Below are positions 25,937 through 38,203 of a DNA stretch of 64,000 bases, piece by piece; the first letter of the stretch is position 1, and each line of letters opens with the position of its first letter. This DNA comes from Massalongia carnosa (lineage: Eukaryota). Below the pieces are notes generated by a model, which saw only the letters and a list, made by a program, of their open reading frames with translations, did not search any database and was not told the origin of the DNA. The translations under genes and the position numbers were made by a program. The DNA is taken from the NCBI GenBank assembly GCA_965645245.1, contig OZ287068.1, positions 1,674,001 through 1,738,000 on the forward strand, in the 5' to 3' direction.

Positions 25937-27320
25937 GATGCTTTACGTAAGGTCAGGTATAAGATGGGATGAAATTGGGTTGGGTTTGAGAATTTTGAGT
26001 GCTTTTTATGGTGATCTTTGTTGTTTGTGGGAGAGAAAAGAAGAGTGTGTGACAAGTGGGTTTTTCTGCTCTAGCACCACGATTCACCGTGGCTCGGCGC
26101 TGACAAACGCATTTAGGATCGGTATGGCAACGTCGAGAATGGAGCTAGCGGGGGTTAGAGGGCACTTTGTGAATCCCAACGGAATCCTTAAGCGTGCGGC
26201 GACGGGGGTGAACGAACGGACGGGGAGGCTGCAAGGTGGATAGTGTTAAGTGTCACGCCTAGACTACAATTGTTTGTCGATCTTCAATTGGAGAAAGAAA
26301 TTTCGTCGAACCGGCCAGTCTCACGATAGGAACAGCACAGGCCTGGATACGAGTTCTAACGGTGCATTTAGCTGTAGGGGGAAGAGAAAAGGCGAGAATC
26401 AAAACGGTTGAGTGGCCTTGCAGAGACAAGAAGAGACCACAGGACACTCAACTGTGAAATGGTGTATTAAGGAAGTAGCAATAAATAGTCCTCGCTGTTC
26501 GTGCCCGAATTGAATCAGCAAACTGCTTTAGCTTCTTGTCTCTTTCTTTGATTCTTAAAAATTCTTCTTTGATATCTCACGGCTTAGATTCAGACACAGG
26601 TTTTTCGGCGCAAAACGACAGTCACGACTCTTGGCACCGATCCCAAGCGGTGATTGAGCGTGAGACACGGTTCTGCAATAATCTCTTCACACACTTCCTA
26701 CTTGCTTAGGCTGCTCGATGATGGGTAAGGTACATAATTTGCAGATTGGCATTTCATCTCGGGTGTAGTAGAGCTCTTTACCGTGTTTTCAGGCCTTATA
26801 TCAAAACCGCAATGTGGGCGCGGTTCATGTGGGTTGATAGAATCATACCCTAACTCTGGCTACTCGCCTTTTTTGTTCGTTAATACACCGATTCAGCCTG
26901 CGGGAACCTCCCGAGGAACGTCAACTTTGCTACTAGCTGCGTCGGTTGTATAGAATCACAGAAAATCAACCTCTGGATAACACAAGTACTTTAGGAGATA
27001 TCAGAGATGATCAGGGGGCTTTCTTTGATAGATCTAAAAGAAAACCTTTACCTCTAGTAGAAAGCTATGAGCATCATCTTACCTAGAAAACCAATGGCCA
27101 ATTACCATAGGTGATTATACAGTCCAGCCAATCGCTACACAATATGTATCCCAAATCCAACCATCTTTGTAGGATTGAAGAGTTCATGCGGCTCATCGTA
27201 CCTCTGTTTCTCAGCGTCAAAAAGTCCCTCCTGGTTAATCCTCTAGCAGCCGGGATGGTCAAGCCGTTACGGAGATAGTATATCAACCAGGAAAGGCTCA
27301 TTCTTACCATTCTGAGGAGG

Positions 27321-29575
27321 CTAATGACAAGTTTGCGCTCCCCCTTCATCTGTAAAGGAGTAAGGATTAGCCAACTGCATAAGCCCATTCAAGAAGCCTT
27401 ACTTTTGATCAGCTTGGCTACTGCTTGGATAAGGCTGATGCCCATGACCGCTGCCCCAAATACAACGCAAATCGCAGCTGGAACGGTTTTCCAACTTCGA
27501 CTGCTTAATTTAATATAACACAGTGGAGGGAGAATATAGGCGAGCGCGCAAGCGCTCGTGGCACCAATTAGCTCAAAGACTGCGCCGAGGTCACATGTCA
27601 TCAAAGATAATGTCATGGCCGTGACCACAAGAGACGTGGTGAAGATAAGATGGCGGTTCGGATTCCACCGCTCATCTGGGAACCAGTAGTTGGTCATAAC
27701 CTCGCGGCAGACAAAAGCCTCGAGCGGTAGCGTCGTCAGCATGTTGAGCCCAAAGCAGCTATATCAACATTAATGGATGTTCCCCAAAAGACCGAGTAGA
27801 CTCACAGGCGAGCAATATTGATCATGGTGTTGTCCGTGGGGAAGTTATTCAAGACATTTCCCTGCGTATTGTCGCCAAATGTTAAGAACCCAGCCAGAGC
27901 CATGGTTAGACAAGCGACCATCGAGATGAAGGTTGAGTAATGGGTGACCTTGGCGAACCGATCGATTGTTGGTTCTTTCAGGGAACCATAAATTAAGAGA
28001 CTGTTATGATCTGAGCGCTCGATTTAGCTACTGCATGTCAAACGAAGACTCTGGGCCACACACGGCATACGAACGCTGGTCGAGATTAATATGTTTTCTT
28101 GCGGAGAGGTCTGCAACTCCCTACCAAAAGATATGACGCCAATGGCTTGGAAGACACCACTTCGGATAAACAAGGAACCTGACAGATTACCCCGAAGGTC
28201 AGGAGCAACCGTTCTGCCCTGAACAATGACGCTAATAATTATAACAGACATGCTGATCAACGCCAGTGTAGATGCTTTCGCTAGCTAGTAGTCGTTAGTC
28301 TCGCGGTACCAAGCAGCCAGAACTGAGCCTAAGAACGTACTTTGGAAATGTCACGATAAAGAGAGAGAGGATAGGAGATGCCAAGGATGAAAAGGACTAT
28401 AACGGCTTGTCTATTGGTTAAAAGCCACAGGAAAGGGGTATTTGGTAAAGAAGGAAAAGCGGCCGCCATTACGTGTGGTATGGTGTCGCCGACAATAATA
28501 CAGAAAGCTAACATGCCACCAAAGGCACTATATGCAACACTGTTAGAGTTTTCCAGAAGGGATGGGGTATGATTTGCGTACAAAGCCCATTGGGCGACCT
28601 AAACCAGTTCATCAATGACCTAGCTAGATCACAAGGACAAGACACTTACGGAGATAGCAATTAATCCTGACTTGCCGAAGCAGTACTCTGTAGTAGCTTG
28701 AAAAGAATTTGCACCACTCAGTTTTGAGTTGATGACAATCAACTGAATAGTCCAGTCAACCTGCCCAGTAAAAGTCAGTATCATGCAAAGATCCCTCTGT
28801 CTCTTCTTAATTCACAAAGCATACCGTGAAAGTCAAAGCTACCAGCAGTATGATGGCCATCGTCAAGCCCGCCTGACGAAAAGCATATGGTTGACCTGCA
28901 TGGTATTGTCAGCCCCTTTGCGTAGCTTGACGTAAATAGGAAAGAGGTCTTCCTACCAATGATCCCGGCTCCACTGTAATGTCTATCAGTCTCCAAACTC
29001 TATCGACAACGACCTTTTCCCCCTTTTTCGGATAGGAGTTCTTACATGATGCTATTCGCCATATTCATGAACGCGCTCATCAACCCGCTTTTGGGGCGCG
29101 GGTTGTCCAGCAAATCCTCCACTTGCGAATCCAAACGGGAGTTGGCAACCGTCACGCTAGGGGCCTCGATATCAGTGAGCAACGGCGCCTGTTGACCTGT
29201 CCGGTTACCCCCGCGTGAAGAGAAGTAATCATCCCCCTCCCCTTCCTCTTCTGCTTCTTCTTCTTCTTCTTCTACTTTTTGTTGCACCATCCCCCGGCAG
29301 CTAACCACGACGTTGCGGAGCTCATGTTCGCTGCTCTGCCGCTCGGCAATGTCGAAACGGACACGATTGGGGGTTCGGGGTATGCGCGGAAGCCCGGGCG
29401 GCGGGGGGCGAGTGATGGAGGACTGGCGGCGAGGAGGGGGGGAGGGTCGCGTTGCGACGGGTGCGCCTACGGGGTAGTCGTCGTCATTCTCGGTAGACGA
29501 GCCTAGCAGCGGCTCTCGATGTTCGTCGCCTGCGGATTTGGGGTTTCGTACGTCCAACAAATGAGATTTGGACAT
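27321..29575 (-). CDS. Amino acid transporter (Aa_trans family, Avt2-like), multi-exon
   Basis: AFMNMANSIIGAGIIG, IIVGDTIPH, YPLSLYRDISK, TLPLEAFVCRE, LIGATSACALAYILPP. Confidence 0.9.
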
Positions 29576-30220
29576 TGTCTTTTCCTACCGCAGCATGACG
29601 AGTGCATGTGTTCGTTAGAGTTTGGGGAAGCAGGCTATATGTGTTTTAGAAGGTTGCATGGTTCAGTTTCAATCTTTTTTCTTCTTTGTTTAAAAGGACT
29701 ACGTATACAGGATCCTTCTTCGGCAAAGTCCTATGCACAACCGGATACATTACAACCAGGTCCAATTGCTTAATTGATTTTGTCTGCGAAGTCCCAGCTA
29801 TCTTGCTTAATATTATCTAGCCTGAAGGCCGTTCTCATCATCGCACGTTTTTGGTTCCATGCAATCAACTTCATTGGTTACCTCTATCCTTAAATTTGAA
29901 AGAACTATACCATATTTCAAGCTTTGAGATTTCGGTTTGAGATCGCTAAGTGCTGGCCAATATTGCTACAGTCTTCATTATAAAATATACGCCAGATATA
30001 CACATGTTGGGTTTCTCAAGTACATGTAAACCCATTCCCATAGTGTGGCTTAGCAAGAAGAACATCATTTAAACCCAAACTTTAGGTAAAGCCGCTATGC
30101 GTACGAATATATTGGCTAGTAGCCATGTGGATAAAATAGTCTGTAGATAGAGCGTACAAGGCGATTGCAATACAAGCAATCGAGTGTAAACGTGCGAAAT
30201 ACATTAACTTCATAGATCAA

Positions 30221-32025
30221 CTATGAGTAGTGTAATAAGATGGCAAGAAAAGAAGTGAAGGCTACAGAGCATGATGATGGCAGTATGCGAGCGAGAGAGC
30301 CGGATGTAGGGCTAGTAGGTGCCGAAGATGGCGGCAGAAGTATTGGCGGTGAGAACGACGACGGCACAGACGACGGAGCCGGCGCAGAGGGAAATTTAGG
30401 AACAGCTTCCGTATTTATTGTTGTAGATATGGTAACGGAGGCCGATAAGGGCCGAACTGAAGATAGAATGGTAGGTGAGGCCGAAGATTGCGGCATAGAG
30501 GTAACATTTGGAGAGGACGAAGTCTTGATAGAAGTAGCGATGCTCGAAGTCGCGGATTTTTCAGTGGAGAGTTTAACACCAAAGCCTATTTTATGTTAGC
30601 CATGATTCTCTGAGTTATGAGGAGGACTGCCTAACCTATTCTTTCTTCGTCAAAATCCAGGACTGTGTATACATTTTTCAGGAAAACGTCCCCAACCAGC
30701 CATTGATCAGGCCCAAAGGCTGCTTTCCCGACAATGTTACTCGAACACAAATTTCCACTGTTGATTGGGTTTCCAACGTAATCCTTGGCGCTTATGTTGT
30801 AGGTTACGCCCGAAATGATTATCTGAACTGGCAATTCAGACGTACAAGGCACGTTAAATTGTTCGCCAGTCTGTTGAGAATCAGGAATCTGGTTATGGAT
30901 GAGTTTTGCATCTGCAGGTGGCAGGAGTACGAATGAGGTGCCAGTGTCGATGATGGCGGTTTTGTTCGAAAAACCGCACGCAAAACCATTGACACCAGCA
31001 TCATCAATAGGAATCTCCCACCGCTCCTTAGCCTGAACTGTCTTGGTATATGACAGATCTCCTGAATACTTCGTTCTATCTGGCGAACCAAAATTGAGTT
31101 CCCCATCGGTACTTCGATCTGCGTTTCGCTGCAAATTAATCCCGATAAGATTCTTCTGAAGCAGTTTGCTCTTGTCGATCGCTTCCATAATTGTTGGAAA
31201 CTTCACGATGTTTGATGCTGGACGACCTAAGCCAAGAATCCCATCGACTGGGTACCAAGAAAAGTCGTCAGAAACCACGGAAGCAGCTCCAAAATAAAGT
31301 GGGAGTAAAAATCCCGCCATCTTTACAGTATCGTTAACGATTAAGCCAGAGACAGTTCCAGTGCCATAAGCAAGGTTGAATTCAGCTGTTGTGGTGTGCA
31401 TCGTATTAGAATCCTTAGCGCCAAAGGTATTGTGGGTCAAACAAGGCCCAGACGTGCAGTTAGAGCCCATAACCCACGTGTTCGCCGCCCCCGTATCGAC
31501 GAGCACACGCATGATTTTGCCGCGTTCTCCAAGTTGAATAGCCGAAAAGTACGAAAAGTCGGTTCCGGCTTGATCAATAGCAACGCTATCAGTCTGCTTT
31601 GGTTGAGATGCGGTGACTATTTTGTATTCATTGGATCGTCTAACTTGCGTTCTAGGATGTAACTCCGTTATCTCCTGATTGTCTTTTTTGTTTAGGTCTT
31701 TCGAATTTCTGCGGTCTATAGCTTCGAGTTCAATCCCACTCCAATGATGAGAATGCGAATGAATCTGATATACCCTGTTAGAACTAGCCACAATAGCTTT
31801 TCTCATTGTACTTACGGGAGCTGCTTTACGTTTCATGCTCAGCTTCATATGCTTTCTCTTCTGGATTCTTCCATCATCTCCACGCATAGGAGACAATATA
31901 CGCTTCTCTGAGCCATCCGCTACTTTAGGGGTTCCTGGCAAGACATCTAATGGTCTCAAAGGGTAGAAAGCTGTGGTTGAAATTACCAAAAAACTAGCCC
32001 GTAGAAGCCATAGGTAAATGTGCAT
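30221..32025 (-). CDS. Secreted pepsin-family aspartic protease with Ser/Thr-rich tail and hydrophobic C-terminus (CtsD-like, possibly GPI-anchored)
   Basis: Signal peptide; catalytic VDTGAAN and IDTGTS; GDVFLKNVYTVLD; last exon 30221-30586. Confidence 0.9.
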
Positions 32026-32805
32026 ATTTCATAAAGGATCAAAAGCTACATCCAGAAATCGTCAATACCTTTAAAAAGGTTGACTTTAGTATATCTGCTG
32101 GAATATTGTTACGGCTCGACAAGCTTTTCCAGAGGAGGCTGGTTGCCTTGCTCGATCTCTCAAGTTGGCAGTCTTAGTAATGAGAAGACAGTGTAAAGAT
32201 AACAAAATATCTCAAGCAACAGACATCGTTTTCCCAATCAGCAACGTAGGCCACACGATTATGAAAATTCGAAAAAAATAATATGAATATTACGTAGGCT
32301 GAAGAGCAGTAAAAATCAAGCCAAAACAACGGAAAACGATATTAATTAGCAGGTTCCAAAGTCCAGCTTTCCCGACCAAAATTTCATGAACAAATTTGAA
32401 GAAAGAATGCGAGAAGCAGAAGGAGGCACTTTTTGTGAAATGATGCGTGTTGGAATGCTTGAAAGGAAAAGAAAAGCAAAAGAAAGCCATGGGTTTGAAA
32501 AAGAAAAGGGAGAGGTGGATCTATGGATATCAGCCCGAGAAGATGGCGCCACCTCATTTCTTCAGCTTCCAGGCTGAAAGATAACTAAAGGCTTGAGCAG
32601 ATCAATCCTTACTGGATGCAACCCTTGCAAGATGCCGTTCTTTCTCCGTTTGGGTTACTTGAATGGAGAGGCTTCATGTTGATACCTGACTTCGAGGATT
32701 TCACCCTTTATGTTCACTGCTCAGGCAAACGAGCTGATCTTTTGGTCGCTAGAAAAAAAAGCGTACTATAGAATACTCTTACCATTTCATTCACATTTAG
32801 GTACG

Positions 32806-34130
32806 CACGCGGGTGAAAAAAAAAAGGGCAAGGTGAGCCGAAATTCCCCCACTTTTCTTCCCTTTTTTCTTCCCCATCTTCTTCCCCATTCAACATTTCA
32901 ATTCGTATGACCATTGAAATTCTACATACATTCTATTCAATAGCCAGTCATCGCCCCCTCAGCCCTAATTACCTCTTCCAATCATTTGGGCATTGATCGA
33001 ACTCTTTCATTGATGAATTCATGCGTCACCCGTTCCCATTCATCCCTAATCAGCTGCTTCAAGCTGACATCGTCCCAATGAGGATACTTTCGAACATGCT
33101 GCTTCGCTGGCTGCCAGAAATTTTCTATAGGGGACAAATCAGGTGATGAGGCACAATTGAAATAATGCTCTAAATGATGATCTTCCTTCCATTTCTTGAC
33201 GGCATTTCTTGTCTTGCCCGTGCCATGACCAGAGTCTCCATCTTCTTCAAGTACGAAGTCATCCCCACGCTCCAGCCAGGGCTTGACGACGGGGTCAAGA
33301 ACGGATTCAATATACACCTGATGAGTCATTTTACCATTGCTGTTGCCCGGCACGTCATAAAAGATAATATCCGACTTGAAATTGTAGCCAATTGCAGCCC
33401 AGCAATGTTTTCGTTTTCGATCTTTCTCAGGAGGCGGGTCACGATGCTGTATGCAATCCCAACGATATCGTGTTCCGGGCTGACGAATGATTCGTAACTG
33501 TCCTTCCGGCCCATATCCAAAATGAATCTCATCACTAAATCGTACGCGATCCCATTGCTCCGGTTTGGGATATCTGGTCAGCATTATGTGAGCAAATTCG
33601 ACCCGTCTTTCCATAGGTGGGTCGGCCAGCCATCCCTTGACGCAGGCCAGACATTTCTCATAGTTTAGAGCAGCCGACATAACATTGTGCATTGTACGAC
33701 CGACAACGTCGGCCCCAATCTCCATAGCCAATTGTTCCCATGTGTATCGTTTTCCTTCCAACTGTAGCCCCTCATCTTGTAGAATGTGATCTGCCTCCTG
33801 TATTTGTGCTTCCGTGACTTTTGATTTGCGACCGCGTGTCTCAACGAGCGTTGAATGATGTCTTCTTCTAGAAGATGCTCCGTTTCGAATGATCTTATAG
33901 CCCTGTCTCTCGCTTCGAATGCCAAAATGCTGAAAAATCTCTCGAGGATCGATGGAAATGCCTTTTGCAAGAAGAAATTCATAAGCTCCCTGCACCTTGG
34001 CCTTTTGAGGTGTATCGTAGTGGGATGGCATTTGAAATGTTGAATGAGGAAGAAGATGGGGAAGAAAAAGGGGAAGAAAAGGGGTAAGTTTTGGTGGGGG
34101 GGTTTCTGCCCTTTTTTTTTCACCCGCGTG
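32806..34130 (-). mobile_element. 1325-bp DNA transposon related to 4455-5781, bipartite ~95-bp TIRs starting CACGCGGGTG(A)9-10GGGCA, 5-bp TSD (GTACG)
   Basis: GTACG at 32801-32805 and 34131-34135, directly abutting the inverted termini. Confidence 0.93.
32937..34031 (-). pseudogene. DD38E transposase with one premature TGA 15 codons before the natural stop
   Basis: FSDEIHF...LEEDGDSGH...SPDLSPIENFW; ...RSMPK*LEEVIRAEGAMTGY* with the internal stop at 32982-32984. Confidence 0.85.
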
Positions 34131-34615
34131 GTACGAAGTACTCCGTTATTCGTTTACCCGTTTTCGGAATTAGTTAACGTTAGCTTCAGGGGGAAACGCC
34201 ATAGAAAACTTGTATGCAGATTTTCATCTTCCAAGCCTACAGCCACGAGTTTCACTTCCCTCTCAGCAGAGACACCGTTAAATACTCACGTTAATTTCTT
34301 TCAAATTCCAAGCTAAGCTATCTTAACAACAGAATGATAGGAGAGAAAAAAACCTCAATTTTTGTATATGGCTACCGACGCCTATCTGCTACATGAAGCC
34401 CTGAACTCGTCCCTGTGGGCGGCCATTTGTTCCCAACAAGCATGAAACGCCATAATCCAGGCAACAACAAGCTTCCGCTTCAAGCAGCTTTTGCGTGAAC
34501 TTCTAGTCCACTTGCTAGAAGTCCTCCTGAGGTCCACTCTCAAACTTTTAAAAAAACATACAACAGGTCTGAAAGGAGGGTATAAGTTAGTTAGAGAGAG
34601 CCACCACACCCATTA

Positions 34616-35262
34616 TTACGCCTTTGAGAATTTCTTCGATCCAAGCAGGTCATCCAACAGACCATTCCAAAGCTCCGTCATTACTCCAGGCTCCTTCAAC
34701 CGCATGCCTACCATATTCGCAGCCGCGGCGGTGACTTTATGGGTCAGATCAAACGGATCAAGCTCGACAGCATGGTTGTCCGTCACTTCGCTCATGGCCG
34801 ACGGGCTGTCGATGTGCGTGCCATCGGCGCTGACCGTCGAGATCTCCGGCCGGATGACCGGTTCGACGGCTTCTTGATGGGCTTCGCTAAGACGAAGCGG
34901 AGAATAGTTGTTAGGTAACAACGGGATGCGCATGATCTCGGGCTGAGTCGGTTCTTCCAGCTCGAATTGGGGCATGTACACGAAGTCGATGGGTGAGGCG
35001 TCATGCAAAGCTTTCGCAGATGGAGTGGTGTGGAAAAAGCGCATGGGACGACGACTTTCGGCAACCCCGCTCAGCTTCGTCTGAAGCGTTTATGGGAAGA
35101 CATTGCCACTTACCTCTTCCCATAACCGGCCTGGGAGCTTACACATCTTCGAACTATGGTGCCGCCGGTACAGGTGTCGAGATTCCGGCGGAACTGCTGT
35201 TGAGCGGATGAGACGGTCAATTGACGTAATGCGCTGATGTTCGAAGCTCGAACTGAAGGCAT
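34616..35262 (-). CDS. Hypothetical protein, possibly mitochondrial (RFFHTT motif)
   Basis: Coding-like ORF 34616-35044 extended upstream through a probable intron to an ATG at 35262; start uncertain. Confidence 0.6.
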
Positions 35263-35891
35263 GATGGCTTTTGTGACTTGTCACACGAACCAAAGCGTTG
35301 GCAGGGAATTTTCAGGCTGAATCAGTCACAACTGAAGTTAAAAGTGCATTTTTTCTTCGTTGCTTTGCCTCAGGGTAAGAAGGATGGCGTGGAATCTGCA
35401 TGTCGGTCGCCGTGGTCACTTTAGATAGTTTTACCCCTCTCCCCGATTTCCCTCCAGCTGGCCATGTTCTGACGTTTACTCCTCACCGGCTCTACCACGT
35501 AAGTTTCAACCTAACAGGCATCTATCCGGCCGTTCCCCTTAGTTGGCACAACCCGAAGAAAATGTTCCGGTGAGCGGTGAGGCACGTGGGGTGTTTTATG
35601 CCAAGCCAACCTACTTAGTACTTTGGCTTGATCGCCTATTTTTCATAGGACGCTACGAGAACAGATTGAAACTACTTCAGCCACCAATGCTCCTAGACTG
35701 TCTTGATGCCGTGGTGAGCACATTAAGTCTCTTCAAGTATCTAAAACTCGTACAGATCAAAGAAAGGAGTTCTGATTCATTCCATCCCTTCTCTTCGTCT
35801 AAGTGATAAGCACCTTCCTCATGATGTCGAGAACCACCTGGTTACGCCATGGACTCCGTGCCTATGGGTATATCAAAACGTTCATTTAATC

Positions 35892-37904
35892 TCATGAAGT
35901 TGGAAACGTAACTTGCTGCACTCCATCCGTCATCGCATCCACCGGCTCCTTCCCGGGTTCCGCAGGTTTTGCTCCCTGAATCGCGCTTGCCTCAACGCTC
36001 TCCTGCCCGGCCTTCTTGCTCCTTTTCTCCGCTTTCTTGGCTTTCACCGCAGCCTTTTTGGCTGCCGCCTTGGCCGTTTCTTCGTCCTTCTTCAGCCTTT
36101 CCATTTGTGTTCCACCGTACATGCTGCGCCACTTGTCCTCCTTCTTTGGGTCGATCTGGGCGAAGAGATGGTTCGCTTTCCCAATTACATGACCTGGCTT
36201 GATGTTATCGGCGGTCCAAACTTCAGGGATGACCAGGAATGGTGCTTGTAACTGTTCGAGGATAGATTTTGATGTGGCTGGCAGATACGGTTCGAAGATG
36301 CTGGCGCAAAGGTATATGATGTTGAGTGCAATGCCAGTCACCGCAGCAGCCTTTTCGGGCTCATTGGCAGCCAGCTTGTTGTCGAAACCGTTGCTTTGAA
36401 GAAAGTTGTTTCCCGACTGCGCTATGTGCATGGCGCAATGGAGTCCTGCTTTAAGATTTACCGCCTCTAGCTCCTCCACATATTGCTTCAACTGCTCATT
36501 GATTTCCACTTTGGCCTTGTCGAACACAGGGTTTGTGAACGCGATTGAATAGTCAGGGACGATCGAGTCATAGATTTTGCTGTTCACCAGCTTGATCACG
36601 CGATTGACAAAGTTCCCGAGCTTAGCTAACAGTTCACCGTTATTTTGCTCAATGAAATATTTCCACTCAAACTGAGTGTCGCCAGTTTCCGGCCGATTCT
36701 TTAGCAGATAGTACCTCCACACATCCGGAGGGACGCCAGTATCTTTGGCATTGGTCCCAAAGACACCCACTCCCCTTGACTTGGAGAATTTGCCACTTTC
36801 ATAGTTCAAATACTCTGTTGTGGACAAATGATGCAGCATGGTCCATGACTCTCTTGTGCCAATCTGAGAGCCAGGAAATATGACACTGTGGAAAGGAACG
36901 TTGTCCTTGCCCATAAATTGATAGAGTTCTACATTCTCCGGATCCCTCCACCACTTCTCCCATTCGTCGGTGTAGTTCGCTGTGATCGAGACATAACCAA
37001 TACAAGCGTCAAACCACACGTAGAAAACTTTTTCTTTGTAAATCTCGCGATCTTTCTCGTCCGTAAAAACATCAAGTGGGATAGGAGTTCCCCAAGTGAG
37101 ATCCCGGGTGATGCCTCGATCTCTCAGTCCTTGCTTCAGCCAGGATTCTGTAATAATCTTCCCGTTCCTTGACCATGAACCTTTCTTACATGCGGACTTA
37201 AACCACTCTTCAATATTTGGCTGCAGCTTGTCGAGTTGGAGATGAATATGCCTCGTTTCTCGAGGGACTGGAGTCACGTCTGGGTCGACCTTACAACGGG
37301 GGTTTTTCAGGTCTAGCGGCTCATAGTCTACCGATCCGCAAGAATCGCACTGGTCTCCACGGGCGTCGTTGTACCCGCATTTGGGACATGTACCTTCGAT
37401 GAACCGATCAGCAAGGAATGCTTTGTGTTTCTCGCAATATGGCTGCCGAGAAGTCCTCTCGATAAGGAACCCATTCTTGTACAACTCTCGAAAGATATTC
37501 TGAGTGATACTTTTCTGCTGCTCTGTGGACGTCCGGCCAAAGATGTCAAACCCTATTTCAAACCAATCGTAGATTTCTGTGTGCAGTTTGTTGTACTTGT
37601 CGCACAACTCCCTCGGCGTGACTCCTTCCTCCAGCGCTTTGGTCTCGGTGGCTGTTCCATATTCATCGGTACCGCAAACAAAAAGCGTTGGGCGCCCTCT
37701 AGCTTTATTATACCTACACCACGTATATTAATGAGACTCCAGGAAAGACATCTATTTTGAAAGCTACCTCGAGAACACATCGGCGCTTAATACACTACCT
37801 ACAATATTACCTAAATGAGGCACGTTGTTAACATAAGGTAGAGCGCTGGTGATCAAGATGTTCCTTTGGCCGGCTTGTGGCAGTATTTTGGAATTTGACT
37901 CCAT
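35892..37904 (-). CDS. MES1: Cytoplasmic methionyl-tRNA synthetase
   Basis: [26 protein letters not shown], zinc knuckle [23 protein letters not shown]; one short intron at about 37713-37766. Confidence 0.96.
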
Positions 37905-38203
37905 AAGTAACGTATGCAGCGAGAAAGATAATCGCTTGGGTTCAAGATGATGAGGTAGATCTCTACAGAACTAGGCGATTTTGAGTAGATGCGGTATGAG
38001 TCAGTTCATGACGAAACGCCAATCGTGATCCTGATTAGGGATTAGGGCTTGTAACGGATAAGGCTGACGGCTAGGTACGAGTACGTCAGCTTTGTGGCTC
38101 GTGCACCCTCACTCCATCGGGACTTTGGGCGGGTATGGAGATACTCGGATGATAGATAACAGCTCTCATATGAGGTGGAAATCTTAGCCAACTCCTTTAC
38201 ATA

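Noticed and set aside
32802..34133. Alternative reading of the 33-kb element as TA-flanked (TA-CG-CACGC ... GCGTG-G-TA)
   Set aside because: It needs an indel at the very terminus, and the sister element cannot be read this way (TA-ACCACC vs CCACC-TA are not inverted). The exact 5-bp direct repeat explains both elements.
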